Assembly (NCBI RefSeq): GCF_037042905.1
Contig: NC_087245.1
Span: 19,098,001-19,162,000, forward strand
Length of the DNA stretch: 64,000 nucleotides
DNA from: Lytechinus pictus
Taxonomy: Eukaryota
Direction of reading: 5' to 3'
Below are positions 1 to 12,500 of the stretch, in pieces. The stretch's first letter is position 1; each line of letters begins with the position of its first letter. Below the pieces are notes generated by a model. The model made no database searches, was not told where the DNA came from, and was given only the letters and a program-made list of their open reading frames with translations. Position numbers and translations under genes: made by a program.

Positions 1-2423
1 ATTATCAGCATCATCAGAGGAAATGCCATAATTTACACACTCTGGATGAAATGGGTGAAAAGTCCCACTTCTGTGGAATGGTAAGTTTAATCCGTAACAA
101 AGATAATGAGCCTAATTATTAATTGAAAAATTCATTGCATAATCGTAATTTTTTATCTTAATTTCATTGCAGAATTGATTATAGGTCACTTTCATTGCAA
201 CTTCACAACATGCACCCGATAACAATTATTGTTTATATACAATCATTATTAGATTACGTGAATGTCAATAATTTAGGCCCTACTTTACAATTATCCGGAA
301 AGAATGATATACTAATTTCTTAAAACAATCTGCAATGAGTTAATTTGCTTTGTGAGATGGGGTCTGATGAACTTACAAAGAATACATAATTATAGGTCTC
401 AGGAAATAGTGGCAGATCTTGATAGAGGGGGGGGGGGTGTGGTGGGGGTCGTGCAGGTGTTCTCGTTTGGTGACCCCATCCTACCACTTTAGTTAGTTTC
501 AGTTAATTTGTTAAAACCTCTATAATATATACTAAAAAGTTTTTTTTAATGAAATTTCTGTCAAGTGGCGAAATATAATGAGGCAGAACATTTCTGAGTT
601 TGGATTGTGCAGTCTTAAAAAATGAGCAAGGAAAAGATAAACGTCTTCCAATAAGCAATTACTTCTATATATGTTATAAAGACTTCAGCCCCTCCCCCAC
701 CATCCACCTTAACCCGAGTGGGTGCTACTGTAGGGGGGGTGTTTTTTTTTTTATGTAGTAAAAAGGGGGAAAGGGCAAAGATGAAGAAAGAGAAAGAAAG
801 AAAAATATAAAAAGAGAGATCAGGGTCGTCTAGCTTTATTCAACCCATGAAATTAATGGGAAATGAAGTCACAGGTCATCTTCCATTATTCCCCTTTAAA
901 ATACCCTCACGCAACTTTTGTCCTCAACTACCAGGACGTAGTATATGGGGGGGGGGAGAACATTAATTGAATGTGTAAGTATCTTTGATTGTCACCGGTA
1001 GTCCTATAACGTGCTGCAGAAAGCCAATTTCAGGAAAGTTCTGGGGTCGGAAAAAAACCGGGCAATAATTTGTTGTCTGCTTGTGGTGTCCTTATCATAG
1101 TTCGTAATAAAGGAAGAAGTATAAGGGTTGCCAACCTGTTTGGCTGGCGATACGGCTCCTCTTTGAAAGGAATTTGAAATATTAACTTTAACAAAGAGCA
1201 TGTAATTATACGGGTATCATATTAATATTTTTATGTAGTTCTATAAAAAATAAAAATAAAGATAAACAAAACGGAAGAGCTAACGATCGCCGGAAAGAAA
1301 AGGTGAACAAAGGAAAGAAGAGCAAGTTAAATGATCGAAGAGGGATTTCATTGCAATTGTGTTCTTAGTGTAGTACCTCTTTTTTTTTTTTTTTTTTTTT
1401 GGGGGGGTAGTTTTTTTAGTTTTCCCCGAGAACTATTATTAATTTTTATATTAGAAACGAAAAAAATGTAAATATTACCTGCTATCAACACAACAGGCAG
1501 CTTAATTTGTAGAACAGGATTGAGAACAATGATGTCATCATCCTGCAACCCATGAACAAATTCCCGTAAGACATTTATTTGAAAAAAGTAGGAAGGGGCA
1601 GCCCCCCCCCCTTTCCAAGGCCCTTGCATTGAAAATTAGAATTGGTGTTCAGACCGCTCTAAGTTAAATACACTAAATCATGTATTTAGGCATGTATGAT
1701 AGGGGCCAAACACGTACAGAAAATCAAGTCTGCATGGTAAAATGAGAAAGGAAGGTGGAAAAGCCAAAGGGCGGCGCCACGGTGGGGGGGGGGGGGGGTA
1801 GTAGGAGTGATCGTCTTCTGTGGTTTTTCAAGTAGTCCGAAAAACAAATAGGAGAACAAAAATTAAGAAAAGAGGGGGAAAATGGAAGAAAAAATGAAGA
1901 AGAGGTATGAGTCGCACAACTGTTCGAAAAACAAATGACATCATAATACATGTAGGTCTTCTTGCATCAAAACATCCTGACAAAAACTTATATGGCCCTA
2001 CTGTCTAACGTTACCCATGGAATTATGGACCTATTTAAGGTAGGCCGGTTTCTGAACCAATCCCCCTTCACGCGTTTTTGTTTTATTTTCATTTTAGTTC
2101 CACTTCTACAGCCAGAAGCCAAATTTGAAATGATTGATGACTTTTTGTTGTTGAGGGGAGGGGGGGGGGGGGGGGGGGCGAAATTTCGAAACATGATTAC
2201 CTGTCATTAGCACATTACTCTTGTATCAACTTCTTTCATTCACTTTTCAAAATTATTACTTTACATCCAAAAAGATTATTGTGGCAATGACTCTTATTTC
2301 AAAGTCAATGCCATTTTTTGTCAAAATATTCGACGGTATTAGACGGAGAATGGACATCGCGACCATCATTGAGGAGATCAAAGGCTTTGCACCATCTTTA
2401 AATTGCTTTAAGACAAAACTTAA

Positions 2424-2991
2424 AGGTCAAGTTCACCCCAGAAAATGTCGATTTGAATCAATACAGAAAAATCAAACAAGCATAATTCTGAAAATGTCAT
2501 CCAAATCGGATGTACAATAAAAAAAAGTTATGACATTTGAAAGTTTCGCTTATTTTTCAAAAACCGGTTATACATGTATGCTCAACTTTGTAAATCAATG
2601 ATGTCCCTCAATATATCTTTTTTTTTATTGTTTGAATTATACAATATTTCATGTTTTATAGATTTGACAATAAGGACTAAAATGTCTGAACCATAAAATG
2701 TTGAAACAATAGTAATTCCAAATGTTCAGTGAGGGGAAAACTCTGTTTCACAGGACAATGAGGAGAAAATTAGAATATTACATATAATAAATTAAAGAAA
2801 TAGTGAGTGGATGACACCATAAGTCTCCTCATTTGCATACCCACCAGGATGTGCATAAAACTGTTTTGTGAAATTAAGCGGAACATAAAAATGTCATAAC
2901 TTTCTTATTTTTCATCCGATTTTGTTAAAATTTTTAATGCTATGCTTATTGGATTATTCAAAACAACTTTTTATTGGGGTGGGCTTATTCT
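2424..2991. mobile_element. Non-autonomous DNA transposon (Kolobok-like MITE) with TTAA target duplication
   Basis: TTAA at 2420-2423 and 2992-2995; imperfect TIRs AGGTCAAGTTCACCCCA / TGGGGTGGGCTTATTCT; related fragment near 21471-21572 and a related degenerate copy at 29742-30222. Confidence 0.65.
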
Positions 2992-3424
2992 TTAAGAAAA
3001 ACTTACGTTCGGTCCCTAGATTTAATAATTTGGTTAGTTTTAGTGTGGAATCATTGATGTGACGATTAATTAACTGTTTAATTATATATAATGCGGATAA
3101 AGTTGCCCTATTTTTTTATTTAAAAAAAAATAATTTTTGTTCTTTTCGTTTTCTCCTTGTTATGTATACCGGTATTGTACATTGCATGGATTTTTTAAAA
3201 AAGTATTATGTCTTTATTGTATCTATGTCACGGTGCACTCGTCACAAGCTTTGCTTATCCCCATTGTATTATAACTTTGAGAAATGTATTAATGCTTAAA
3301 CATTATTTTGGAAATAAATGTTGAATGGAATTAAAATCCTTTGATAAATTACCAAGTACAAGCTCATCGCTCCGAAGTGTGCTGCTGCCATCTATCGTCG
3401 AAAGCATTATAATTGTTTACAAAC

Positions 3425-3537
3425 ATGACATCAGGAAGCGAAGTTACAGCTGCTTTTAGAGAACTCTCTGGGAATGAACCGGGGACTTTTCTCGATGTAT
3501 CGGAACTTCTCCTGAAATATGCGAATAATGTGATCAG
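3425..3537 (+). CDS. NGLY1: NGLY1 exon 1 (start codon, start of PUB domain)
   Basis: [38 protein letters not shown]; donor gtgaat. Confidence 0.9.
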
Positions 3538-6500
3538 GTGAATATGATTTTTAAGACGTGTCGTATTTGTAATAGAAACTAATTGATTGTAAAATTTTAG
3601 CAAGTTTTGTTATATGTCCCATACGTTGATATCTGTGTTGGATATACGGTACCGGTACCCTAGTAACCCAGTCATTGTCACTCACACAAGCATGCGAGGT
3701 TCACTCCTAAAAGAGTCCTAGAGTCCTAGTACCTATGAGGTCCAAACATTACATGTATGGACCTCATAGGCACATAAGTGATAAAACCGGTTAGACATTG
3801 CCGTTTTTATTTGCAACCAAGGACTTTGGCAAATGTACGCCTTAATAGTACAAAATTGGATGGTAACAATTTTGGTATAAACTATAAATTAGTTCCAAAC
3901 ATCATAAGTAAACTTCTAGTAAATGGATTGAGGTTAAACTTACATTTTCAGTCATTTTTCTTGAATTCTTGATGAGCGTTCCAAACACTGTGAGGACTGA
4001 TCAACTCCGATGTGATTCGCGTACTAGTCAAGTCAGGTGATCGGTTGGTTATCTGTTTGTCAAACGTTCATAATTTATATTACAATATATCAATCTTCAT
4101 TATCTTGATTTCATATTGCAGAGAAAAGTCATTTTAGATTGGAATCAGTGGCGGATCCGGGGGGGGGGGGGGGGGGGGGGGGGTGAGCATTTCTGGCCCG
4201 TTCAACCTTTTGAGATTCATAGTCAATATTTTGGATGTAAAAAAAAATATGTCGTTCATACTTCATACAAAGTTATGTGCCCCCCCTCCCTTATCACCTA
4301 TGGGTACATTACCGCCGCCGTGCACAGGATAACTGCTGGCACGGCACTTGCAATAAGTTTTTTATTCTTATTTAAAAATTTGAAATTTATCTACATTTTA
4401 CATGAAGTAAGCTTTGGATATGAAACTTACCGAACGATATGAATCCAATTTCAATTCCTCTCTGTCTTTCTGGTACTTTATATCGATGATTTTTCTTGAT
4501 GTCGAAGCAGGCATGGCCCCGATTAGCTGGTTCTCTCTATACGCACAGAGAGGGCGCGCGATATTATTTAATAAACTTGCTTGTTTACATCGTTTACGTC
4601 AGATCAGCTGTACTGCTGGCTGCGTTCTAGGCCCTCCGCATTTTTTTCGCTGTTCAGCGTTATTTTATGATGTAGCGCCATCAGCGATTATACTTGACAT
4701 GCAACCTGTTGATTTTTGGTACAATTTCCTATTATGCGCCGGCGACTTGAATCTAGACTGTTCGATAGGAAAAATTCGCATTTCGATTGTTGTTTGCGTA
4801 ATTTCCACAGCAGTATTAAGGATCGGACGGAGTAACTGGCTGAGATTTGGAGGTAAGCGTTTAAAATCCATTTTTATAGATAAGTTCGTGCTGATTTTTA
4901 AAATTAGATTACATTACAAGATTAAGATTACTAAATTTAGTATATTGTGAAGATTTAGGCGTGTTTCATATTCTCACATTCGTGTGATGAATGAAAACGT
5001 CAAAATTCATTATGAAATGACATGCGTTGTGCGAGGTTAGTATACTAACCTCGCATGTTGTGTGAGTGTCCCTTATGAGAATCACAGCAATATTTGTTAT
5101 GGGGATATTTTGTTCATATTCTTTGCTCTTTTTTGGCCTTTTCTTTTTTGCTTCTCAAATTTATTTTACTTTGAACAATATGACTTTCTATATATCATTT
5201 TTAGTGACAAACCTTTTTATGGGGGGGGGGTGGGGGCTTGCCAAATATAACGCAGGACAAGATGACCTTTTTTTAGTGACAACCTTTTTTTTTTATTTGT
5301 CAGATTTTACGCGAGACAAAATGACCTTCGATCATCATTAGTTAAACCTTTTTATCTTTTTTTTGAGGGGGTAGGGGGGGCTTGCCAAATAGTGACAAAC
5401 CTTTTTTGTCAAATTTTACGCAAGAAAAAATGATCTTCGATCATTATTAGTTAAAACCTTTTTTTCATTTTTTTTTTTTGGGGTGGGGCTTGCCAAATTT
5501 TACGTGGGACAATTAAATGACCTTCATTTTTTAGTGACAATTTTTTTTTATACTTGACAAATTTTAAGAGAAACAAAATGGCCTTCGATCATTTTTAGTT
5601 AAAACCTTTTTTTTTTTGGGGGGGGGGGGCTTGCCAAATATTACACGGACAAAATGAACTTCAATTTTAGTGACCATCTTTTTATTACTTGTAAAATTTC
5701 AAGCAGGACAAAATGACCTTCATTTTTTTTTTTATGTTAACCTTTGGGGGGGGGGAGGGGCTTGCCAAATATTACACGGACAAAATGACAGTCTTTCATT
5801 TTTAGTGACCATCTTTTTTTTTTACTTGTCAAATCTTATGTGGGACAAAATGACCATTTTTTGTGTGTGATAACCTTTTTTTGGGGGGTTGTCAAATTTT
5901 ACTTGAGAAAATGCACCCCCCCCCTTACTTTGGAAAATCGAAGATTAGGATCATGAATAAGCGGCTTACATCTCAAAGTAGTAAACAGGCGGGGGCATGG
6001 CTGGCCCTCCCCCGAGTGGATTTCACCGAAAAAAAAAACTGGATAAGAGAAAAGGAAGGAAGAAAGAAAGAAAGAAAGGAAGGAAGACACGGAAGAGTGA
6101 AAAGAAGTGAAAAGGGTTTGGACCATGGTGCCGAAATGTACACGGAGGAAACGAAAAAATGTAAGATCATTGTCAAAATCTATCTCAAAGTTAGATTCTA
6201 ATGAAAAGCTTTTTTCTCGCTCGCTTTGCTCACTCGGGACTTACATTACGTAACTTTTGTTTTCCACACGCGAAATGTGCTGTGCCCCCTCTTATATACC
6301 CCTATTATGCCCCTGCACATGCAGACTCGTCTACATTGATTTCGATATATAAGTGTCATTATAAAATTATAACAAAAAGAACGCCTTGAATAAAGGCCAA
6401 AAAGCCTAGAGACTCGCGAGCGTCATGTGACAACTCGCCCTGGATTTGCATGTACAGGATCCTATGGCGACAATAGCTGTCGCAAGAGTTGGCCAGAAGA

Positions 6501-9500
6501 GGGGATGAAAACACAAAATTTGGAAAGAAAAGAACCGGTGAGTACCCATTTTACATTATAATTAGTAAATTAATATATAATAAATAAGTTAGACCTAAAT
6601 TTAGGCCGTAATTTAGAGGAATGGGCTGGAAATTTAAGGCCAAAACGTACTTGTTTGGAGTCGCCTTTTTTAACACGGCTTTGAATAGGGGTGTCGCCTA
6701 GAGTGGCGAGGTTAGCTATACTAACCTCGCACAACGCATGTGATTTCATAGTGCATTTTGACGTTTTCATTCATCACACGAATGTCAGGGAATAAAACAC
6801 GCCAAAAAGTTCAACATATATCCACTACGTAATTTACATCAATCACCTTACTTCATTTTATAAATATATTCAAAATTATTTATAAGAATGATTTCTTCAT
6901 GCTTACCTCAAAATTTCGGCCAAGATACTCCGTCTGTCCGTCCGAATACTGTGGTGGAAATCACGCAAACAACAATTGAAATGCGAATTTTTCCTATCGA
7001 ACAGTCTCGATTTAAGTCGTTGGTGCATAATAGGAAATTGTACAAAAAATCGACAGGTTGCATCTCATGTATATAGTTATAGGTAAAGTACGCCATCTTT
7101 TGACAAGAAGATGATGAAAGTGGATGGAACGAGCAAGAAAATAATGCTGAGCGCCTAGAATGCAGCTAGCAGTACAAGCTGCAGCAGAACTGTAAACAAA
7201 CCGGCTTATGAATAATATCACGCGCCCTCTTTAGGCAAAAATTGATATCAACGTTGATCAAGAGGCATTTACGTGAAGATCAAGAAAAAAATATTTTTTT
7301 TATTAAAAAAACAGCAAAGAGAAGTTAACAAACGATCCATATGGTTCGGTAAGTGTCATAGCACAGTTTGAAATCTTAGCTATAATGTAATGATACGTTA
7401 TTTGAGCAAAAAGGGTATGAAAGATTCGCGTGCACCAGGTGCATATGATAATCCTTCGCACGTGAGATGAATTGAACCCATGGGTGGTACATTGTAGGCC
7501 TAACTGCATACACCACACGAACGCACTCATTCAATGAACAAGGTTATGATGTAACCTTGTTCTCAGTTACTACTCCCTGTGCGGTGAAATAAGCTTGGCA
7601 TTGTTTGGCTTAATTTCTCTTGTTCTTGGGGACAAATGCTTGATTTCATTTTTTTTATACTGACTGAATCGATTTCCATTATACAACTAGATTTATAATC
7701 ATCTTGGCTCGAAATTGAATTCTTTTAATTATTTTTTCTAAATTAAAAATAAGAGATTGTCGAATGACAATTTTCTTGCAATTTTACTCTACACCAATAG
7801 AGGGCCTACACAAAAATATGCCAGAATTCGTTTTTGAGCTCTCTGGAAAATACAAAAATGATCCCCAGGCCAAGATACTATAGATCAAATGGAAAATAAA
7901 GTGCAACTGTATGGAAATGAGTATTTTGGGTTGCGAAAGTGATATTTTAATGAATTTTTAAATGTGTTGTATACTGCATAGATCTATATGTAGATTCCCC
8001 AGAGGCAGGGTGGTTGCAGTAAACAAGTGCATGAACATTAACTTAAACACAGCCATCTGTAATGTACAGACGGCTGTATAATATGAAAATATACATTTAT
8101 TGAAACATATAAAAATGTGTTTTATTTACTTCCAGGCAACCAGATGTGACAAAGTACCGCTCCATTCGTCTGGGAAACAAGATGTTTGAGAATCGGGTTC
8201 TGCCTGTCCCAGGAGCGTTAGAATGTCTTTTTACTGTTGGATTTGAGGAGGTACAATTTATGGAACCTTTACTTCACTTGAATAAAATACAAAACCATTC
8301 ACACAGTGAAAGTATATAAAGACCATCTAAGTGGGAGATAAGAAAGTGGTCTTTCTGAAGAGAATGGTCTTTACAGCCAGGGTTTTGTAATGTGTGTTTT
8401 TATAAAAAATACTATTAAAGAGAGTAGAAAAGCCAAATCTATACTGGTAGTCCTTCTGTACAGGTTGTTGCTAAAGCAGAATTGACTGTATTAGCAAATA
8501 GCTGAACTGCCCCACAAGAATCCTAAAAATGCACTTTATGAAGGAAGAATGCAATTAGCTGTTACAATTATGCTTCTCTCATTTTGATTTTTGTTGCTTA
8601 ATCTTTACTTTGCATGTTTCATTTTGATCAATCAATTTATATTTTATTTATTTTGTATACTTTGTAATTTTTTGGGAAAATTTTACAAGTAAATTTTATG
8701 TGAGTACCTTGACTGCCATTAAAGGCAGATAATGTGTGTTACACAAAGTTCATATTCCCCTCCTCCTCGTCTTTTTCTTAATCTTCATTTTTGTCTCACC
8801 TGCATAGCAGTGTGAGACTATAGGCGCCGCTTTTCCGACGGCGGCGTCAACATCAAATCTTAACCTAAGGTTAAGTTTTTGAAATGACAGCATAACTTAG
8901 AAAGTATATGGACCTAGTTCATGAAACTTGGCCATAAGGTTAATCAAGTATTACTGAACATCCTGCCTGAGATTCAAGTCACATGACCAAGGTCAAAGGT
9001 CATTTAGGGTCAATGAACTTAGACCATGTTGGGGGAATCAACATCAAAATCTTAACCTAAGGTTAAGTTTTTGAAATGTCATCATAACTTAGAAAATGTA
9101 TAGACCTAGTTCATGAAACTTGGACATAAGGTTAATCAAGTATCACTGAACATCCTGCATGAGTTTCACGTCACATGACAAAGGTCATTTAGGGTCAATG
9201 AACTTTGGCCGAATTGGGGGTATCTGTTGAATTACCATCATAACTTTTAAAGTTTATGGATCTGATTCATGAAACTTGGACATGAGAGTAATCAAGTATC
9301 ACTGAACATCCTGTGCAAGTTTCAGGTCACATGATTAAGGTCAAAGGTCATTTAGAGTCAAAGAACTTTGGCCAAATTGGAGGTATTTGTTGAATTACCA
9401 TCATAACTTTGAAAGTATATTGGTCTAGTTCATTAAACTTGGACATAAGAGTAATCAAGTATTCCTGAACATCCTGTGCGCATTTCAGGTCACATGACCA

Positions 9501-12500
9501 AGGTCAACGGTCAATGAACTTTGGCCGAATGGGGGTATCTGTTGAATTACCATCATAACTTTGAAAGTATATTGGTCTAGTTCATGAAACTTGAACATAA
9601 GAGTAATCAAGTATCACTGCACATCATGTGCGAGTTTCAGGTAGGTCAAAGGTCATATAAGGTCAATGAACTTTGGCCAAATTGGGTGTATTTGTTGAAT
9701 TACCATCATATCTCTGTAAGTGTATTGGTCTAGTTCATAAAACGTGGAGTAACCAAGTATCACTGAACATCTTGTGCGAGTTATAGTAGGTTTCAAAGTC
9801 AGCACTGCTGCTATATTGAATCGCGTGATGCAGGTGAGACCGCCAGAGGCATTCCACTTGTTATTATTTTTATTATTTTTGATGCTGTTACTAATCTTAT
9901 CTTCAATATTATGATCAACAACAGGATGATGACAACATCACACTAAAGGAAAGCTCTCCTTTGGATGGGCTGAGGATATTCCAGAGACTATTAGCCCAGG
10001 AACGGCTTGTTCTTATATCAAACCAGATTAATAATCTCATATTTGTTCAGGTAACTTCAAATAATTTTTCTTGTTCCAAATGAAATTTATATTGAACCCT
10101 TTTAGCTCTGAAATATCATTATAGGTATATTGTTGATATTTAAAAGACAATATCTCTTAGCTTCTTTGGCGATAAATATCTTTGGTGTATAGTCTGGTTT
10201 GTGTCAACTATGTGACCCTTCACCACAAAGTAACCAATAAATCACAAATGTATTCTTTCCTGTGTTTGAAAGGGCAGATCCTTAGCTTCATAATGAAAAC
10301 TTGTGAAGCATTCACCCGTTGAAATAACATTGAATATCCAAAAAGCTGGGCAAATTGTAAGGGAGGCAATGAGTGTGAAAGATTAAAGGTAAGACACAGA
10401 AGTTGCAGCAAACAATTATTTCATGAGAAAGTCTTTTAAATCAAGGTTAATTGTCAAAATATTATCATACATCTAAATCTGGTACATTAATGTAAACTCA
10501 TCTTTGTAAAGTCATGAATTCTTAGCTCAAAATCGATAATTCTGATGATCACTTACATAATTTTACAATTTTTACCTAAATCTTCAAATCACTGATTCTT
10601 CTTAACAGGCAACAGAACAGACATTTTCTCAGAAGTTACACAATTCTTCGGAGCATGTGATGAAGTATGAAGACCCTCTCCTCCAGCAGAAGGCTCGTGA
10701 AAAGATTCCATTCCAAGATCTGAAGACAAAGGCTGAACAGAGACTTCGTAGAATCTCGTCTGCCTCATCGGGTCAGTGGTAGAATGTAAGGTGGTGTGGT
10801 CTAGGGGTTGAGTATCTGGATTGTGAACCAAAAATATCTTTAAATCAATATTCCTAGGCAAAGTTCCTGTGCTATTGATTTATGCTCACTTTGATCCTTA
10901 GAATTCTTTCCAATTTTGCAAGAGTCATATTTCATCAAATTTTAAAAAGAACGTGATGCTCATTTAACTTTAAGCAGAAACTTTTGTTGACAGTCATTTT
11001 ATCAATCGTTTAAAGGGACTTGTAGCATTATATAAATGCGGGGGAAAAAACAGGATATTACAAATATTTTATTTTATATGATTTTTTCAAAGTGTAAACT
11101 TAAAAAAAATGCACTGTATAAGCAAGTATGATTATTGGTATAATATTTTTTCTCCATGATTCCTCTCCCTTGCCAGATGATGATGAAGGAATTCTCCCTG
11201 ATTTCAGAGACTGTCTCCTTCTGGAGCTCATGAAGTGGTTCAAGGAGCGCTTCTTCCGCTGGATGAATTCTCCAAATTGTAGTTCCTGTGGAGGACGGAC
11301 CAGGGCTGTGGGAAATCTACCGCCGACGACAGAGGACTTGCGATGGGGGGCTGGCCAGGTGGAGGGGTACACTTGTCCTAGGTGCAATACGATGGAGAGA
11401 TTTCCAAGGTGTGTGTCGAACCAGTTAACCAATGGTGACTGAGTTAATAGAACAGGATAGTTGTGGATACCGAGGGTTGCTTCATTGTTGTAAATGAAGC
11501 TTTCCATCTGTATACCTGATATTATATATTTGATACCTTCTGATCATGATTATAAGATATTACAGCAAGTAGAACATCTTTGACCTGATTCACTAATGTC
11601 AATATTGAATACAGAATGATAATGAATATGTATCCTCCTTGATGATATATACATGTATATCCCACAGCTGAGAATCATGACATATGCCTAATTGCTTATA
11701 CTACTCATTTAAAATGTACTACATGAATTGAAGTGCTGTTAATATGATTATTTTGAAGAAAGAAAAGCTCTGTCTTTGTTGCTTCAGATACAACCATCCT
11801 GAAAAGTTACTGGAAACAAGAACTGGACGATGTGGAGAGTGGGCAAACTGTTTCACCCTCTGCTGTCGAGCTCTTAACTTTGAAGCCAGACATGTTTTAG
11901 ATTGGACAGGTTTGTCATATTATTGTTCTTATTTCTTTTTACCTATGTATGAATATCTATATTCAAAAGTCATATTGCAAACAGCTAGACAAATTTTGGA
12001 TCTCAATGGATGAAGTGGATTGAAGTGAAAATTATGTGTCCATCATCCTCCCATATAGATTCTTTAATTTTATACCTAACATTAGTGATACTAATTATAT
12101 TACAGTTGATTTGTGGTCTCATTTATCAGTTATCTACATTCAAACTCTAGTATTTGTGACAAATAGTGTATTTTAGCAAATCTTTCACATTAGAAATTAT
12201 TATCTTGTTAGAGGGGATATTTCCTTTTTTGGCCTAAGGGCTATTTCTTTATTTTAGTTTTATTTATTTGATTAATTTGAGGGGAGAGGTGGTAATAAAA
12301 AAACCACAGAGTTTTAGAAGTAAATAATTCACATAAAGTCTTATATAAAGCAGTATATTACATTATTTTATGAATATAATTAGCCCAAAGATACACTTTT
12401 CATAAATCATAGATTTTGTGACAATATTTGTGACACAGTTTGGGGTAAATGTGAAAAAATTGTCACCTCTAAGAATTAGGATTTCAGGATTTTAGGGGGG

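Noticed and set aside
1..81. Possible exon fragment at the window edge (+ strand GTAAGT donor at 81, or - strand ATG at 29 reading MAFPLMMLI)
   Set aside because: Too short and truncated; the two readings conflict and I recognise no homology.
4414..7096. ORFs 4414-4950(+) and 6908-7096(-) sharing the peptide [17 protein letters not shown], as if a duplicated gene
   Set aside because: Explained by the DNA-level inverted repeat; both strands are open, and there is no recognisable domain or splice structure.
8880..9780. Regularly spaced repeats resembling a CRISPR array
   Set aside because: The units are similar along their whole length with no unique spacers; eukaryotic context and no cas genes.
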